Assembly (NCBI GenBank): GCA_963844715.1
Contig: CAWJPJ010000004.1
Span: forward strand, 208,248-272,247
Reading direction: 5' to 3'
Source: an uncultured Phycisphaerales bacterium
GTDB taxonomy: Bacteria; Planctomycetota; Phycisphaerae; Tepidisphaerales; Tepidisphaeraceae
Length of the DNA stretch: 64,000 bases
In this document: positions 40,196 through 52,073 of the stretch, piece after piece
How the letters are laid out: the number at the start of each line of letters is the position of its first letter
How positions within the stretch are numbered: position 1 is the first letter of the stretch
The notes under the pieces: model-generated
What the model was told of the DNA's origin: nothing
Seen by the model: only the letters and a program-made list of their open reading frames with translations
Databases searched by the model: none
Program-made: the position numbers and the translations under genes

Positions 40196-41131
40196 ATGCT
40201 GAAATTTATTGCCTGGCGCATTGCTCAGCTGCCGCTCATTCTGGCGATTATTTATTTGATTACATTTTTGTTGGTGTGGGTTGCGCCGGGGTCGCCGTTT
40301 GGGAATCCGGAGCGGAAGCTGGATCCGGCGGCGGAGAAATCGCTGCGCGAGCAGTTTCACGCCGAGAGCATTCCGCAGTTCCTTGGATATTACCCTTGGC
40401 GGCTGCTGCATGGGGACCTGGGGCCGTCGATGAACTATCACGGGTGGTCCGTCAATGATGTTTTGCGGTATTCGCTGCCGGTGTCGGTGGCGCTGGGGCT
40501 GGTGGCGATGTTTATCGCGATTGTCGTCGGGTGCGCGCTGGGGGTAACGGCGGCATTGCGAAAGGGAGGGGTGATCGATTTTCTGAGTGTCGCGTTGGCG
40601 CTGGTGGGGATCAGCGTGCCTAGTTTTGTGGTGGCGGCGGTGCTGCTGCGGGTTTTTGGGGATTGGCTGCATTGGCTGCCTACGGGGGGATGGGGAACGG
40701 TTCGGCAGATGATCTTGCCGGGGGTGGCGCTGTCGCTGCTCCCGATGGCGTATATCGTGCGGCTGACGCGGACTTCGATGCTGGATAATCTTGGGCAGGA
40801 TTTTGTGCGGACGGCGCGGGCCAAGGGTTTGGGGCGGCAGACGATTATTTGGAAGCACGCCTTTCGGAACGCGTTTCTTCCGGTGTTCACTTATTTGGGA
40901 CCGGCGACGGCTTATACGATCACCGGGTCCTTTGTCATTGAAACGATCTTCAATATCCCGGGGCTGGGGCAGCATTTCGTGAACGGGGTGAAGAATCGGG
41001 ATCAGACTTTGATTCTGGGGACGGTGCTGGTGTTTGCGCTGGTTTTGCTGGTGCTGAATCTGCTGGTGGATATCGGTTACGCGTTCATCGATCCGCGAAT
41101 TGACGTGTCCGAAAAGCAGGGGGCGGCATGA
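40196..41131 (+). CDS. oppB: Oligopeptide ABC permease
   Basis: APGSPF, GDLGPS, DFVRTARAKGL, KHAFRNA, DPRI. Confidence 0.92.
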   Translation: MLKFIAWRIAQLPLILAIIYLITFLLVWVAPGSPFGNPERKLDPAAEKSLREQFHAESIPQFLGYYPWRLLHGDLGPSMNYHGWSVNDVLRYSLPVSVALGLVAMFIAIVVGCALGVTAALRKGGVIDFLSVALALVGISVPSFVVAAVLLRVFGDWLHWLPTGGWGTVRQMILPGVALSLLPMAYIVRLTRTSMLDNLGQDFVRTARAKGLGRQTIIWKHAFRNAFLPVFTYLGPATAYTITGSFVIETIFNIPGLGQHFVNGVKNRDQTLILGTVLVFALVLLVLNLLVDIGYAFIDPRIDVSEKQGAA

Positions 41132-42072
41132 CGGTGGCGATTCCGATTGAATCCGAGCCGACTGCGTTGGCGCCGCCGGTGTGGCGGTGGGATCGGCGCG
41201 TGAGTGTGGGCGGGGGGATTTTGATTTTTCTGCTCTTGTCCGGGTTGCTGAGCCTGCCTTGGACGCATAGTCCTTCGAGCAATTTGTTTTACGATCGGCA
41301 GCACACGGACGCGGCGCTCAAGTGCGCCAGCGCGGAGCATATCTGGATGCTCTTTGGGACGACGAAGCTGGGGACCAGTTTGCTGGGGCAATGTTTGATC
41401 GGCGGAGTCATCAGTCTGACGATTGGATTAGCGGCGGCGGCGATCAGCGTGATTCTGGGGGTTTCGGTCGGAGTTGTGTGCGGGTACTACGGGGGGTGGA
41501 TCGATTCGCTGCTGATGCGGATCGTGGATGTGCTGTTTGCGCTGCCTTATTTTCTGATGGTGATTTTGCTGAAACTGGCGCTGGAGCCGGCGCTGCTGTG
41601 GATGAAGTTTCCGAACGTGGCGGCGAATTTGACGGTGCTGTTTCTGTCGATCGGGCTGGTGAGCTGGCTGGAGATGGCGCGGGTGATTCGGGGGCAGGTG
41701 TTGTCGCTGAGGACGCTGCCGTTTGTTGAAGCGGCGCGGGCGGCGGGGTTGCCGGGGCGGCGGATTTTTTTGCGGCATTTGCTGCCGAATCTCGCGGGGC
41801 CGATCATTGTTTACGCGACGTTGATGGTGCCGCAGGCGATCCTTCAGGAATCGATTCTGAGTTTTCTGGGGATCGGGATTCAAAGGCCGCTGCCGACGTG
41901 GGGGGCGCTGGCGAGCGACGGCTTGACGCTGGCGCTGAACCCGATCCAATCCTGCTGGTGGCTGCTGGCGTTTCCGTGTACGCTTCTGGCGGTCACACTC
42001 CTGGCGCTGAATTTCATCGGCGACGGGCTGAGAGACGCGCTCGACCCGAAGCGCAACGCCGGAAAGTTATGA
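41128..42072 (+). CDS. oppC: Oligopeptide ABC permease
   Basis: LMRIVDVLFALP, FVEAARAAG, RHLLPN, GDGLRDALDP. Confidence 0.92.
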   Translation: MTVAIPIESEPTALAPPVWRWDRRVSVGGGILIFLLLSGLLSLPWTHSPSSNLFYDRQHTDAALKCASAEHIWMLFGTTKLGTSLLGQCLIGGVISLTIGLAAAAISVILGVSVGVVCGYYGGWIDSLLMRIVDVLFALPYFLMVILLKLALEPALLWMKFPNVAANLTVLFLSIGLVSWLEMARVIRGQVLSLRTLPFVEAARAAGLPGRRIFLRHLLPNLAGPIIVYATLMVPQAILQESILSFLGIGIQRPLPTWGALASDGLTLALNPIQSCWWLLAFPCTLLAVTLLALNFIGDGLRDALDPKRNAGKL

Positions 42073-42082
42073 CGGAGCATTC

Positions 42083-44023
42083 ATGGAAAACCGGTTCGGC
42101 GTAAAGGATTTCTTCCTCGTCCTGCTGCTTCTGATCGTCATCATCATGATCGCGCTGGCGATGAAGCAGTACGATCGGCAGTATCAACTTCTCGTTTCAC
42201 TCCAGAGGCAGGGGCACGATCAACTGAGCGAACTGGTGGCGATTCATGACGATCTGCGGCATGGAATCGTCGCGACGGGAAGTAATCCCGACAATCCGCT
42301 GGATACGGGGCCGGACCCGTTCGCTTCGCTTCGCAAATTGCGTGAGGAGGGGCAATACGACCGGGGGGATTGGCTGGTGGAGAATTTCGGAACGTCGGTT
42401 TCGAAGATCACGCCTTTGTTGAATCAGGATATTTATTCCCAGGTGATCCAGGCGCGAATTCAGGAGACGCTGATTTATCGCGACCCGGATACGCTGAAGC
42501 TCGTGCCGCTGCTGGCGTCGGGGTGGACGACGACCGACAACACGAAGGATTGGCAGGCGTACGTCGATAAGCAGACGGCGGCGGGGGAAGAATACGACAA
42601 GATCATCAACGAGCCGGATTGCCCGCCGGCGCAAACGATCGACTTCACGCTTCGGCATGGAATCACCTATTCGGACGGGTCTCCCTTCTCGGCGGATGAC
42701 GTTGTGTTCACGTACGACTTTATCGAGAACCCGGCGATCGACGCGCCGCGCGATCGGGAGGCGCTGGATCGAATTAAATCGGTGCGGAAAGTCAACGATT
42801 TTGAGGTGACGGTCGATTTCAAGGAGCCTTATTTCGGGGGATTCGAGGCGATTGGGGAAGAGGGGATATTGAGCAAGAAGTTTTACAGCCAGTACACGCC
42901 GGAGCAGTTCAATAACAGCGTGGGGCTGCTGATCGGAACGGGGCCGTATCGGATGGCGGACCCGACGAGTTGGACGCCGGGGCCGGGGAAGATCGAGCTT
43001 TTACGGAACGAGAGATATTGGGGACTGGCGCCTTCGTTCGATCGGCTGCTATATTATCAGGTGGAGTCCGATGCGACTTCGCTGGTGATGTATGGGAATG
43101 GGGAGCTGGACATCACGGGTGTCACGCCGCAGCAGTACAAGCTTGAACTGAATAACAAAGCGGTGATGGATCGGAGCAACGCGAATATCTACGCGTCGCC
43201 GCTGGAGGGGTATTTCTTCATCGGGTGGAACGAGGTGAAGGGCGGTAAGCCGACGATCTTCGCGGACAAGCGGGTCCGTCAGGCCATGACGCTGCTGACG
43301 GATCGGCAGGGGATTTGCGATTCGATTCTTTTGGGATACGCGGAACCATGCAGAGGCCCGTTTTTTCCGACGTCGCCGCAGCATGACCCGAGTCTGGCGG
43401 ATTGGACTTACGATCCGGTCAAGGCGATGGAATTGCTGAAAGAAGCCGGATTCGAGGATCGCGGTCAGGGCGTTTTGCAGAAGGCGGACGGAACGCTGCT
43501 TTCATTCAAACTGACTTATCCGAGCAAGAATGAAACGACGGATCGGGTGATGCGGTATATCAAGGACGATTTTGCCAAGGCGAAGATCGACTGCGAGCTG
43601 GACCCTGTCGATTGGACGATTTTGGACGATCGGATGACCAAGTCGCATGATTTCGACGCGCTGATGATGGGTTGGGCCGGGGGGGAGTTGGAGCAGGATA
43701 TTTATCAGATGTTCGATTCCAGCCAGATCGCGGATCAGAGCGATAATTTCATCTCGTTTTCTTCGCCGGAGATGGACGCGGCGATCCGACTGGCCCGGCG
43801 GACGCTGGACGACGACGCGCGAATGAAGCTGTGGCACAACTGCGAGGCGATTTTGCATGATGAACAGCCGTATACATTCTTGTTCGTCCCGAAGCTGATT
43901 GTGCTGGCGGACAAGCGGATCAAGAATTTTCATTTGACGCCGGCGGGATCGAATTTCATCGGGGAGTGGACGGTGCCGATGCCGTGGTTTGTTCCCGCGG
44001 CAGAGCAGAAATACAAGCAATAG
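42083..44023 (+). CDS. Second family-5 peptide-binding protein
   Basis: N-terminal TM, LVPLLA, YSDGSPFSADDVVFT, IGTGPY, FADKRVRQAM, HDEQPYTFLF. Confidence 0.9.
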   Translation: MENRFGVKDFFLVLLLLIVIIMIALAMKQYDRQYQLLVSLQRQGHDQLSELVAIHDDLRHGIVATGSNPDNPLDTGPDPFASLRKLREEGQYDRGDWLVENFGTSVSKITPLLNQDIYSQVIQARIQETLIYRDPDTLKLVPLLASGWTTTDNTKDWQAYVDKQTAAGEEYDKIINEPDCPPAQTIDFTLRHGITYSDGSPFSADDVVFTYDFIENPAIDAPRDREALDRIKSVRKVNDFEVTVDFKEPYFGGFEAIGEEGILSKKFYSQYTPEQFNNSVGLLIGTGPYRMADPTSWTPGPGKIELLRNERYWGLAPSFDRLLYYQVESDATSLVMYGNGELDITGVTPQQYKLELNNKAVMDRSNANIYASPLEGYFFIGWNEVKGGKPTIFADKRVRQAMTLLTDRQGICDSILLGYAEPCRGPFFPTSPQHDPSLADWTYDPVKAMELLKEAGFEDRGQGVLQKADGTLLSFKLTYPSKNETTDRVMRYIKDDFAKAKIDCELDPVDWTILDDRMTKSHDFDALMMGWAGGELEQDIYQMFDSSQIADQSDNFISFSSPEMDAAIRLARRTLDDDARMKLWHNCEAILHDEQPYTFLFVPKLIVLADKRIKNFHLTPAGSNFIGEWTVPMPWFVPAAEQKYKQ

Positions 44024-44067
44024 CGATTTTGTTTTGGCGGCGATTGCTAGCGCCGCCCGTTTTCGTC

Positions 44068-45156
44068 ATGCAAACCTACATCCTCCGCCGTTTGCTCCTG
44101 ATCATCCCGACGCTGCTGGGAATCACCCTTGTCACATTTTGCGTAATGGCTTTTTCGCCCGGGGGAATGACCGCGATCCTGGCGAATCGATCAGGCGGCC
44201 TGGATCCGCGGGCTCGCGCGGCAATCCACGCTTATTATGAAAAAAAATACGGTCTGGATCGTCCGTTGCCGGTGCAATACTTGAAATGGCTGAACAATGT
44301 TTCGCCGGTTGGGTACAAGGACGCGGGCGTCGGGTGGCCGGGGCCGTGGCGAGTCGGTTTTAAGATTCCCGATCTGGGGGAGAGCATCATCACGCATCGT
44401 CCGGTTCTGGATTTGATTGAACAGAGCCTTCCGATCACGCTGCTCTTGGAATCGATCAGCACGGTGCTGATTTTACTGATCGCGGTGTGGGCGGGCATCG
44501 CGGCGGCGAGCCGCCGAGGCGGGGTGGCGGATGTGGCGGGGGGGACGTTTCTCCTTGGGATGTGGTCGGTGCCGACGATCTGGGCGGGGGTGCTCCTCAT
44601 CGGGTATCTGGCGAATAAGAATATGCTGCACTGGTTTCCGACCAGCGGGTTGCATGATCTGCGAGCGGATGAGATGAATTTTCTGCCGACGTTTTCGGGG
44701 GGATTTCATCGCGGGTGGCTGCTGGACACGATTTGGCATCTGGTGCTGCCGGTGGTGTGCTTTACGTATGGCGGGCTCGCGTACACCGCCAAGATCATGC
44801 GCGGCGCGATGCTGGAGAATCTGAATCTGGATTTTATCCGCACGGCGCGGGCGAAGGGGGTGCCGGAGCGGGTGATTCTGTATCGGCATGCGCTGCGGAA
44901 CAGCCTGATTCCGCTGATCACGACTTATGCGGGGCTTTTGCCGGGGTTGATCGGGGGGGCGGTGGTGATCGAGGAGATTTTCAGCATTCCGGGGATGGGG
45001 AAACTGACCGTGGATGCGGTCTTTGACAAAGATCCGCAGATGGTTTTGTCGGTGACGCTGGTGGCGGGCGTTTTGGGGCTGGTGAGTTATTTGCTGGCGG
45101 ACATTTTGTATGTGGTGGCCGATCCGCGCGTGAGTTTTGAGGGGGATGGGTCATGA
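44068..45156 (+). CDS. Peptide ABC permease (second OppB/DppB-type)
   Basis: YILRRLLLIIPTL, DFIRTARAKG, RHALRNSLIP, ADPRV. Confidence 0.92.
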   Translation: MQTYILRRLLLIIPTLLGITLVTFCVMAFSPGGMTAILANRSGGLDPRARAAIHAYYEKKYGLDRPLPVQYLKWLNNVSPVGYKDAGVGWPGPWRVGFKIPDLGESIITHRPVLDLIEQSLPITLLLESISTVLILLIAVWAGIAAASRRGGVADVAGGTFLLGMWSVPTIWAGVLLIGYLANKNMLHWFPTSGLHDLRADEMNFLPTFSGGFHRGWLLDTIWHLVLPVVCFTYGGLAYTAKIMRGAMLENLNLDFIRTARAKGVPERVILYRHALRNSLIPLITTYAGLLPGLIGGAVVIEEIFSIPGMGKLTVDAVFDKDPQMVLSVTLVAGVLGLVSYLLADILYVVADPRVSFEGDGS

Positions 45157-46327
45157 CGGCGATTGCCATCGATGAAAAAGTCCCGGCGTCGGCGTCATAT
45201 TGGACGCAAGTTGCGGAGCAGACATTTTCCCGGCGGGCGGCGCGGCTCGCTTCGCTTTGGATCGGCGTGATCGCGTTTTGCGCGGTGTTTGCGCCTCTGC
45301 TGGCGAACACCTGGCCGGTGCTGGTGAAGATGGACGGGCATTGGTCCTCTCCGTTGGCGCGGCATCTGACGCCGAGCGACGTTATTCTGCTCGTGCTCGG
45401 ATTCTCAGTGATTATCGCGATGTTTTTTCGCCGAACATCGCGTCTGCGCCGGGCGATGTGGTTGGCGGGGATTGTCGTCATCGCCTCGATATTTGCCTTT
45501 ACCTTCGTGCATCCGCCTCTGACGGACGATTACACGCAATATCGGGAGCTGGATCACGAGGGGAAAATCGAGGCGAAGCTGATGGCTCCGCTGCCGCTGT
45601 CGGCAAATGATTTTCAGCGCGATGTTCCCGATGCCGAGCTACAAGCGCCATCCTGGCGCATCTTTCAGGAACCGAAGCGAACGGCGGCGATTTGCTGAGC
45701 CGGATGATCTACGCCTGCCGGATCGCGCTGGCGATCGGAATTGTGGCGACATCGATCTCCCTGGTCATCGGGATCGTCGTCGGCGGGTTGATGGGATATT
45801 TCGTCGGCCGGGTGGACATCCTGGGGATGCGGTTCATCGAAATCTTCGAGGCCATTCCGACGCTGTTTTTGCTGATCACGTTCGTCACGTTTTACGGGCG
45901 GAATCTTTATATCATGATGGCGATCATCGGGCTGACCGGGTGGACGGGCAGCGCCCGATATATCCGCGCAGAATTTCTGCGGCTGCGGCAGCAGGATTTT
46001 GTGCAGGCCACGATCGCCGCGGGTTTGCCGCTGCGATCGATCCTTTTCAGGCATCTGCTTCCCAACGGAGTGTCGCCGCTGCTGGTGTCGGCCAGTTTTG
46101 GAATCGCCAGCGCGATTCTTTATGAGAGCGTTTTGAGTTTTCTGGGCATTGGGCTGATCGACGAGCCTAGCTGGGGGCAGATGCTCAATCAGGCTTTGGG
46201 CGTGGGGGGGTATTTTGTCTGGTGGATCGCCCTTTATCCCGGGCTGGCGATCTTTTTGACAGTTTTTTCATACAATCTGCTTGGCGAATCGCTTCGCGAC
46301 GCGTTGGACCCCAAACTTCGGGCGTGA
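45153..46327 (+). CDS. Peptide ABC permease (second OppC/DppC-type; frameshift near 45660)
   Basis: SYWTQV.., [26 protein letters not shown]. Confidence 0.9.
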
Positions 46328-47376
46328 ATGAATATGGCTCAGCCGCTTTTGGAACTTCGCAATTTGACCGTGGCGTTCGAGACCGAGAGCGGGGAGATTC
46401 GGCCGGTGCAGGATGTTTCGCTGTCGATTTATCCGGGGCAGACGCTGGCCGTCGTGGGGGAATCGGGGTGCGGGAAATCGGTGACGGCTTTGTCGATCCT
46501 GCGGCTGATTCCCATGCCGCCGGGGAAAATCATTGGCGGGCAGGTATTGCTCGAGGGCGCGATCTTCTGGCCTTGTCGGAAAAACAGATGCGCAGTGTTC
46601 GGGGGAAGGACATCGCGATGATTTTCCAAGAGCCGATGATGTCGCTGAATCCGGTTTTCACGATCGGGGAGCAGATTGTGGAGGCCGTCAAGCTCCATCA
46701 GCGCGTCAGCACGACGCAGGCTTACAAGATTGCGGAAGAAAGCTTGCACGATGTGGGAATCGCCGATCCGGACAAGCGAGTGCATGAGTATCCGCATCGG
46801 CTTTCGGGGGGAATGAGGCAGCGGGTGATGATCGCGATGGCGCTGTCGTGCCAGCCGAGACTGCTTATCGCGGATGAGCCGACGACGGCGCTGGATGTGA
46901 CGATCCAGGCGCAGATTCTGGAGCTGCTGCGGAAATTGCAGAAGGATCGCGGGATGTCGATCATGCTGATCACGCACGATTTGGGCGTGGTGGCGGAAAA
47001 TGCGGACGCGGTGGCGGTGATGTATGCGAGCAAGGTGGTGGAATATGCATCCGCGTTCGATTTGTTTGATTTCCCGAAACATCCTTATACGGAGGGGCTG
47101 TTCCGGGCGGTGCCGCGGATCGGGGACGTGGCGCAGCGATTGACGGCGATCTCGGGGACGGTGCCGAGTCCGGCGCGGTTTCCATCCGGGTGCAAATTTC
47201 ATCCGCGCTGCCCGCGCATGAATGGGGACCAGACTTGTGTCAACACGGAGCCGCCGCTGCGGGAAGTGGACGGGCGGCATTGGGCATCTTGCCATCATAT
47301 TGAGAATTTCGCGGGCAAGCCGATCAGCGCGCCGGCCATCGACGCGAAGCGCCCGGAGACGAGCGTGACGGCATGA
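46328..47376 (+). CDS. oppD: Oligopeptide ABC ATPase (frameshift near 46555)
   Basis: [38 protein letters not shown]. Confidence 0.93.
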
Positions 47377-48512
47377 GCGATGGGAATTCGAGCAATGGGT
47401 CGCCGCTGATCAGTGTGAGCGATTTGCGCACGTATTTTCCGATCAAGCGGGGGGTTTTGGCGCGGACGGCGGGGTATATCAAGGCCGTGGATGGGGTGAG
47501 TTTTGACATTCAGCCGGGGAAGACGCTGGGATTGGTGGGGGAATCCGGGTGCGGGAAGACGACCGTGGGGAGGACGATCCTGCGGCTTACCGCGGCGACG
47601 AGCGGGTCGGTTCGTTACAAGGGGCAGGACTTCTTCGCTTATCGGGGGGAGAGTTTGCGAAAGCTTCGGCGGCATATGCAGATTATTTTTCAGGACCCGG
47701 TGGGGAGCCTGAATCTGCGCATGCGGGTCGGGAACATCATCGGCGAGCCGATTCAGGTGCATGGACTGGCCAAGGGGAATGCCCGGCAGGAGATGGTGGC
47801 GGGGCTGCTTCGGCGCGTGGGGCTTGATCCTTCGGACGCCAATCGGTATCCGCACGAGTTTTCGGGGGGGCAGAGGCAGCGGATCGGGATCGCGCGGGCC
47901 TTGGCGCTTTCGCCGGATTTTATTGTGTGCGACGAGCCGGTGTCGGCGCTGGACGTTTCGATTCAGAGCCAGATTTTGAATTTACTGGCCGATCTGCGGC
48001 AGGAGCGCGGGATCGCGTATTTGTTCATCGCGCACAATCTGGCCGTCATCGAACATTTTTCCGACGACGTGGCGGTGATGTACCTGGGGCGAATCGTCGA
48101 AAAGGCGGGGGCGAAGGAACTGTACGCAAATCCGAAGCATCCATACACGATGGCGCTGCTGTCGGCTGCGCCGGAGCCTGATCCGCGGAGAAAGACCGGG
48201 CGAATCGTGCTGGGCGGGGAAGTGCCGAGTCCGGCGAATCCGCCTGGGGGGTGCCCGTTTCATCCCAGGTGTCAGCTTACGCGGATGGCGGCGAAAAACG
48301 CGGGGACGAATGAGGCGACGACGGTCTCGATTAAATATCACGGGGCGGAATCGCGGATTTCTTTGCCGGTGATTCAGGTGGCGGAGACGACGGAGATCGA
48401 GAGTGGGGGGGAGAAATTTCGGGTGCTGAGGAAATGCGCTTTGGAGGTGCCGCCGCTGGAGGCGAAGGAAGGGGAAGCGGGGCATGTGGCGGCTTGTTGG
48501 GTGACGAGATAG
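47373..48512 (+). CDS. oppF: Oligopeptide ABC ATPase
   Basis: [39 protein letters not shown]. Confidence 0.94.
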   Translation: MSDGNSSNGSPLISVSDLRTYFPIKRGVLARTAGYIKAVDGVSFDIQPGKTLGLVGESGCGKTTVGRTILRLTAATSGSVRYKGQDFFAYRGESLRKLRRHMQIIFQDPVGSLNLRMRVGNIIGEPIQVHGLAKGNARQEMVAGLLRRVGLDPSDANRYPHEFSGGQRQRIGIARALALSPDFIVCDEPVSALDVSIQSQILNLLADLRQERGIAYLFIAHNLAVIEHFSDDVAVMYLGRIVEKAGAKELYANPKHPYTMALLSAAPEPDPRRKTGRIVLGGEVPSPANPPGGCPFHPRCQLTRMAAKNAGTNEATTVSIKYHGAESRISLPVIQVAETTEIESGGEKFRVLRKCALEVPPLEAKEGEAGHVAACWVTR

Positions 48513-49366
48513 TTACCTCGCCGCCTGTTTCTTTTGAATATCAAACAATTTCAGCCATTCCACCGGGGGCACTTGCTCGGGGCGCCACTTGGTAGAGATT
48601 CCAGCTGCCGCCAATAACTTTTCGGCGTCGGCGAAATTGGCGATCTCCATGGCCTTGCGGATCATTTTACGGCGGGATGAAAAGACGCTGTGAACAAACT
48701 CGGAAAATTCCTGCGCGGGTCCCGAGCCAATCTTTCCTCACCACGCGAACGAGCGCCGATTCGACGCCGGGCATCGGCCAAAACGCCTGCGGCGGAAGGG
48801 TGGCGAATAGCTCCACTTCTCCGAGCAATTGCGTGACGATCGAAAGGGGGCCGTATTCCTTGCCGGAGGCGGGCGCCAATCGTTCGGCCACTTCGATCTG
48901 GACCGTAAAAGCCAGCAGGTCGACTCCCGCGATCAGCAATTCGACGAGCAGGGGGGAGGCGATATTGTAGGGGAGATTGGCGCAGAGCTTGCACGCGCCG
49001 GCCGGCGGATTTGGAGGCGCGGATGATCTCGACGATCTGCGGATGGATGGCGTGTTTGCCGGCCAGGGCGTCGGCCTCGATAAGATGAAAATTGGGCTTT
49101 TCCTTGAATCTCGATCTGAGCAGGTTCGCCAGGTTTCGGTCGATCTCAATGGCCAGGACTTGGGCTCCGGTTTGCACCAACTCCTCGGTGAGGGTGCCGG
49201 TTCCGGGGCCGACTTCGACGATCATGTCTCCCGACTCGATCTGGGCCGCCTCGGCGACCAGCCGGACCAGGTTCTGGTCGATCATGAAATTTTGCCCGAA
49301 ACGCTGGCGCGGCTCGGAGTCGGCCTGCTCCAAGAGCAACTGGATTTCTTTTTTTGTTTGAGCCAT
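48513..49366 (-). CDS. rsmA: 16S rRNA m6,2A dimethyltransferase (at least two frameshifts)
   Basis: FGQNFMID, EVGPGTGTLT, EIDR, ANLPYNIAS, FWPMPGVESA, RRKMIRKA..RPEQV. Confidence 0.93.
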
Positions 49367-49413
49367 CTGGTAAGGCAATATACGCGCCCGTGAAATCCGC
49401 TACAATTCGGCTC

Positions 49414-49886
49414 ATGAAATCCTACGAAGTCATCCGAAACGCCGTGGACGAGCAGGGCACCAAGGCGGTCGCGGCGGCGCTGCGGGTTTCCGCGGCGTTG
49501 GTGTACAAATGGTGCGAGCCGCCCGCCGAGCATGACGAGCCGGACGCGTCCGGGGCGAAGAATCCGTTGGATCGCGTACGCGACATGTATCTGCTCACCA
49601 AGGATATTCGGCTCATTCGCTGGCTTTGCCACGAGGCGGGGGGGTTTTTTGTATCCAATCCCGTTCCGGAGCTCGCAAGACGCCCGATGAGACGATCTTT
49701 GGCGAGACGCGGGAGATGGTGTGCGATTTCAGCCAATTGCTGGACGCGGTGACAGCGTCCGTCGAGGACGACGGGATGATTGACGCCAAGGAAGCGGACA
49801 ATATCCGCGAGAAATGGGAAGACCTCAAAGCGTGCGTCGAGCATTTCGTGTTAAGCGCGGAAAAAGGGCACTACCGGACGAAATAA
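49414..49886 (+). CDS. Phage regulatory CII-like (CP76) HTH protein (frameshift near 49675)
   Basis: GTKAVAAALRVSAALVYKWCE..NPLDRV..WLCHEAGGFFV..DGMIDAKEADNIREKWE. Confidence 0.72.
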
Positions 49887-49895
49887 TCGAAGAGG

Positions 49896-50771
49896 GTGAT
49901 TCGAGTGACGGTTCTTTCGCCGGCGAAAATCAATCTTCATCTTCGTGTGGGCCAGCCGGGGGCGGATGGGTTTCATCCGATCATGAGCTGGTTTTGCACG
50001 GTGGGGTTGTTCGATTCGATTGAGATTTCGCTGCCGACGGATCTTGGAGTCTCGCTGGCTTGCAACTGGAAGGAAATCCCGACGGATGAGAAGAATCTGG
50101 TGATGAAGGCGGCGAAGGCGCTTTTGGCCGTGGCGCGGGAGCCGCGGCGGCGCGGATCTATCTCGGGAAAAAGATTCCCGCCGGGGGCGGGCTGGGGGGC
50201 GGAAGCTCGAATGCGGCGGTTGCGCTGCGGGCGTTGAATGAATTCTGGAACATCAACTGCGCCGGCGCCGGAGCTGGCGAGAATTGCGGAGACGCTGGGG
50301 AGCGATGTGCCGTTTTTTCTGACCGGGAAGAGTTGCGTTTGCACGGGGCGGGGGCAATTTGTCGCGCCGATCGATCCGCCCAAGCCGCATTCGGCGGTGC
50401 TGGTGTTCCCGAATTACTCGATCTCGACGCCGAGCGTTTATCGCAAGTTTGATGAATTGCGCCTGGGCTCAGCCGCCGCGATCGAAACGCAGCCGGATTG
50501 GAAAAAATGGGGGCGCTTGGCGCGGTCGATTTGCTGCCATTACTGGTGAACGATTTGGAGCGGCCGGCGTTTTCGGTATGCCCTGAAGTGGGGAACATGC
50601 GCGATAAGCTGGAGCAGTTTCTGGGGCGGATCGTGCCGCATGAGCGGGAGCGGGAGCACGCTGTTCACGCTTGCCGACGAACACGCCGAGGCGGAGGAGA
50701 TCGCGCGGCTTCTATCCGATAAATTTCTTCCCGCGCAGGCGGTCGAGCTTTGCCCGATCACGGCTCCCTGA
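49896..50771 (+). CDS. ispE: 4-diphosphocytidyl-2C-methyl-D-erythritol kinase (several frameshifts)
   Basis: SPAKINLHL, GFHPI, NLVMKAA, LGSDVPFFL, ISTPSVY, NDLE, MSGSGST across frames. Confidence 0.93.
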
Positions 50772-52073
50772 TACGGACGCTCTTGGCGTGGGCGTCGAGA
50801 TGCTCGGCTTCGGCCAGAGTGACGATCGCATCGCTGTCGGCGCGGAGGCCGGCGGCTTCGTAGCGAAGCACGCTCGATCGCTTTAGGAATTCGTAGACGC
50901 TCACGCCGCTGGTGAATCGCGCGGTTGTGTTCGTCGGGAGGCAGTGGCTGGGGCCGGCGACGTAATCTCCTGCCGCGACGGGGGAGTAGGCTCCGAGGAA
51001 AACCGCACCGGCGCTGGTCAATTTCGCAAGCACTCCGCGATCGTCCTTGGTTTGAAGGTTCACGTGCTCGGCGGCGAATCGATTTGCCAGGGCGATCAGA
51101 TTGTCCATCGACGGATCGAGGATAATGGCGCTGTGCTCTTTGATCGCCTTCTCCGCGGCGGGGCGGCGCGTTAGGGACGGGAGTTGCCGCTTGATCTGCT
51201 CGGCGACGGCGTCGGCGACGAGTCTTGAAGTCGTGAGCAGAAAGGAACTGCCGGGATCGTGCTCGGCCTGGGCGAGCATGTCGGCGGCGATATAGCTGGG
51301 GTGGGCGGAGTCGTCGGCGATGACAACGATTTCGCTTGGGCCGAGAAACCCGTCGATTCCGACGCAGCCGGCGAGGGCTTTTTTGGCAAGCTGCACGTAC
51401 ATGTTGCCGGGACCGACGATTTTGTCGACGCGCGGGATGGTCGGCGTCCCGAACGCCAGAGCCCCGATCGCGGCGGCGCCGCCGGCGCGGAAAACCTCGG
51501 TCAGTTGCAACTCGTGACAGGCGGCAAGGACGAGGTCGGTGCGGCCATATTTGCTGGGGGGCGTGCAGACGGCGATTTTTTTAACACCCGCGACCTGTGC
51601 TGGGACCGCCAGCATAATCAGGCTCGACGGATAAGACGCCTTTCCGCCCGGGAAATACAAACCGGCGGAATCGAGAGGGAGGAATCGCATCCCCAGCTCG
51701 ACGCCCGGACGGCGCAGCGCCGGCGGGTCTTTCGGCATCACGTGACGCTGATATTCGCGCACTTGCTCGATGGAGCGGCGAATGGCCGCCAGTTGCTCGG
51801 CCGGCAATCGCCCGTGCGCTTCGCTCATCTCCTTTTCAGTGACGCGAATCTGCTCGGCGGTGAATTCCGGATCGTCAAACTTCCGGGCGCTGGCGACGAC
51901 GGCGGCGTCTCCGTCCTTTGCGACGGCGGCCAGAATCTCCTGGACATCCTGTGCGGCTTTGGCATTGGCGCCGCCGGCGGCGTATTCGGCTGGGTCCAAA
52001 GTCAGGCGCGCAATATCTTCTCGACGCCGGCGCGTCCGTCCTGGGTCGTATTGTCCAGAATTGAAATCAGCAC
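50758..52073 (-). CDS. hisD: Histidinol dehydrogenase (frameshift near 52010; true start probably GTG 52073)
   Basis: GLYFPGGKASYPSS, KIVGPGNMYV, GPSE, AQAEHD, GDYVAGPSHCLPT. Confidence 0.96.

Noticed and set aside
33000..48500. Strong G/T richness of the plus strand as a sign of foreign DNA
   Set aside because: It affects genes on both strands consistently, including housekeeping ones, so replication-strand skew is the simpler explanation. Not quantified.
49414..49886. Prophage
   Set aside because: Only a lone CII-like gene; no integrase, terminase or structural genes.
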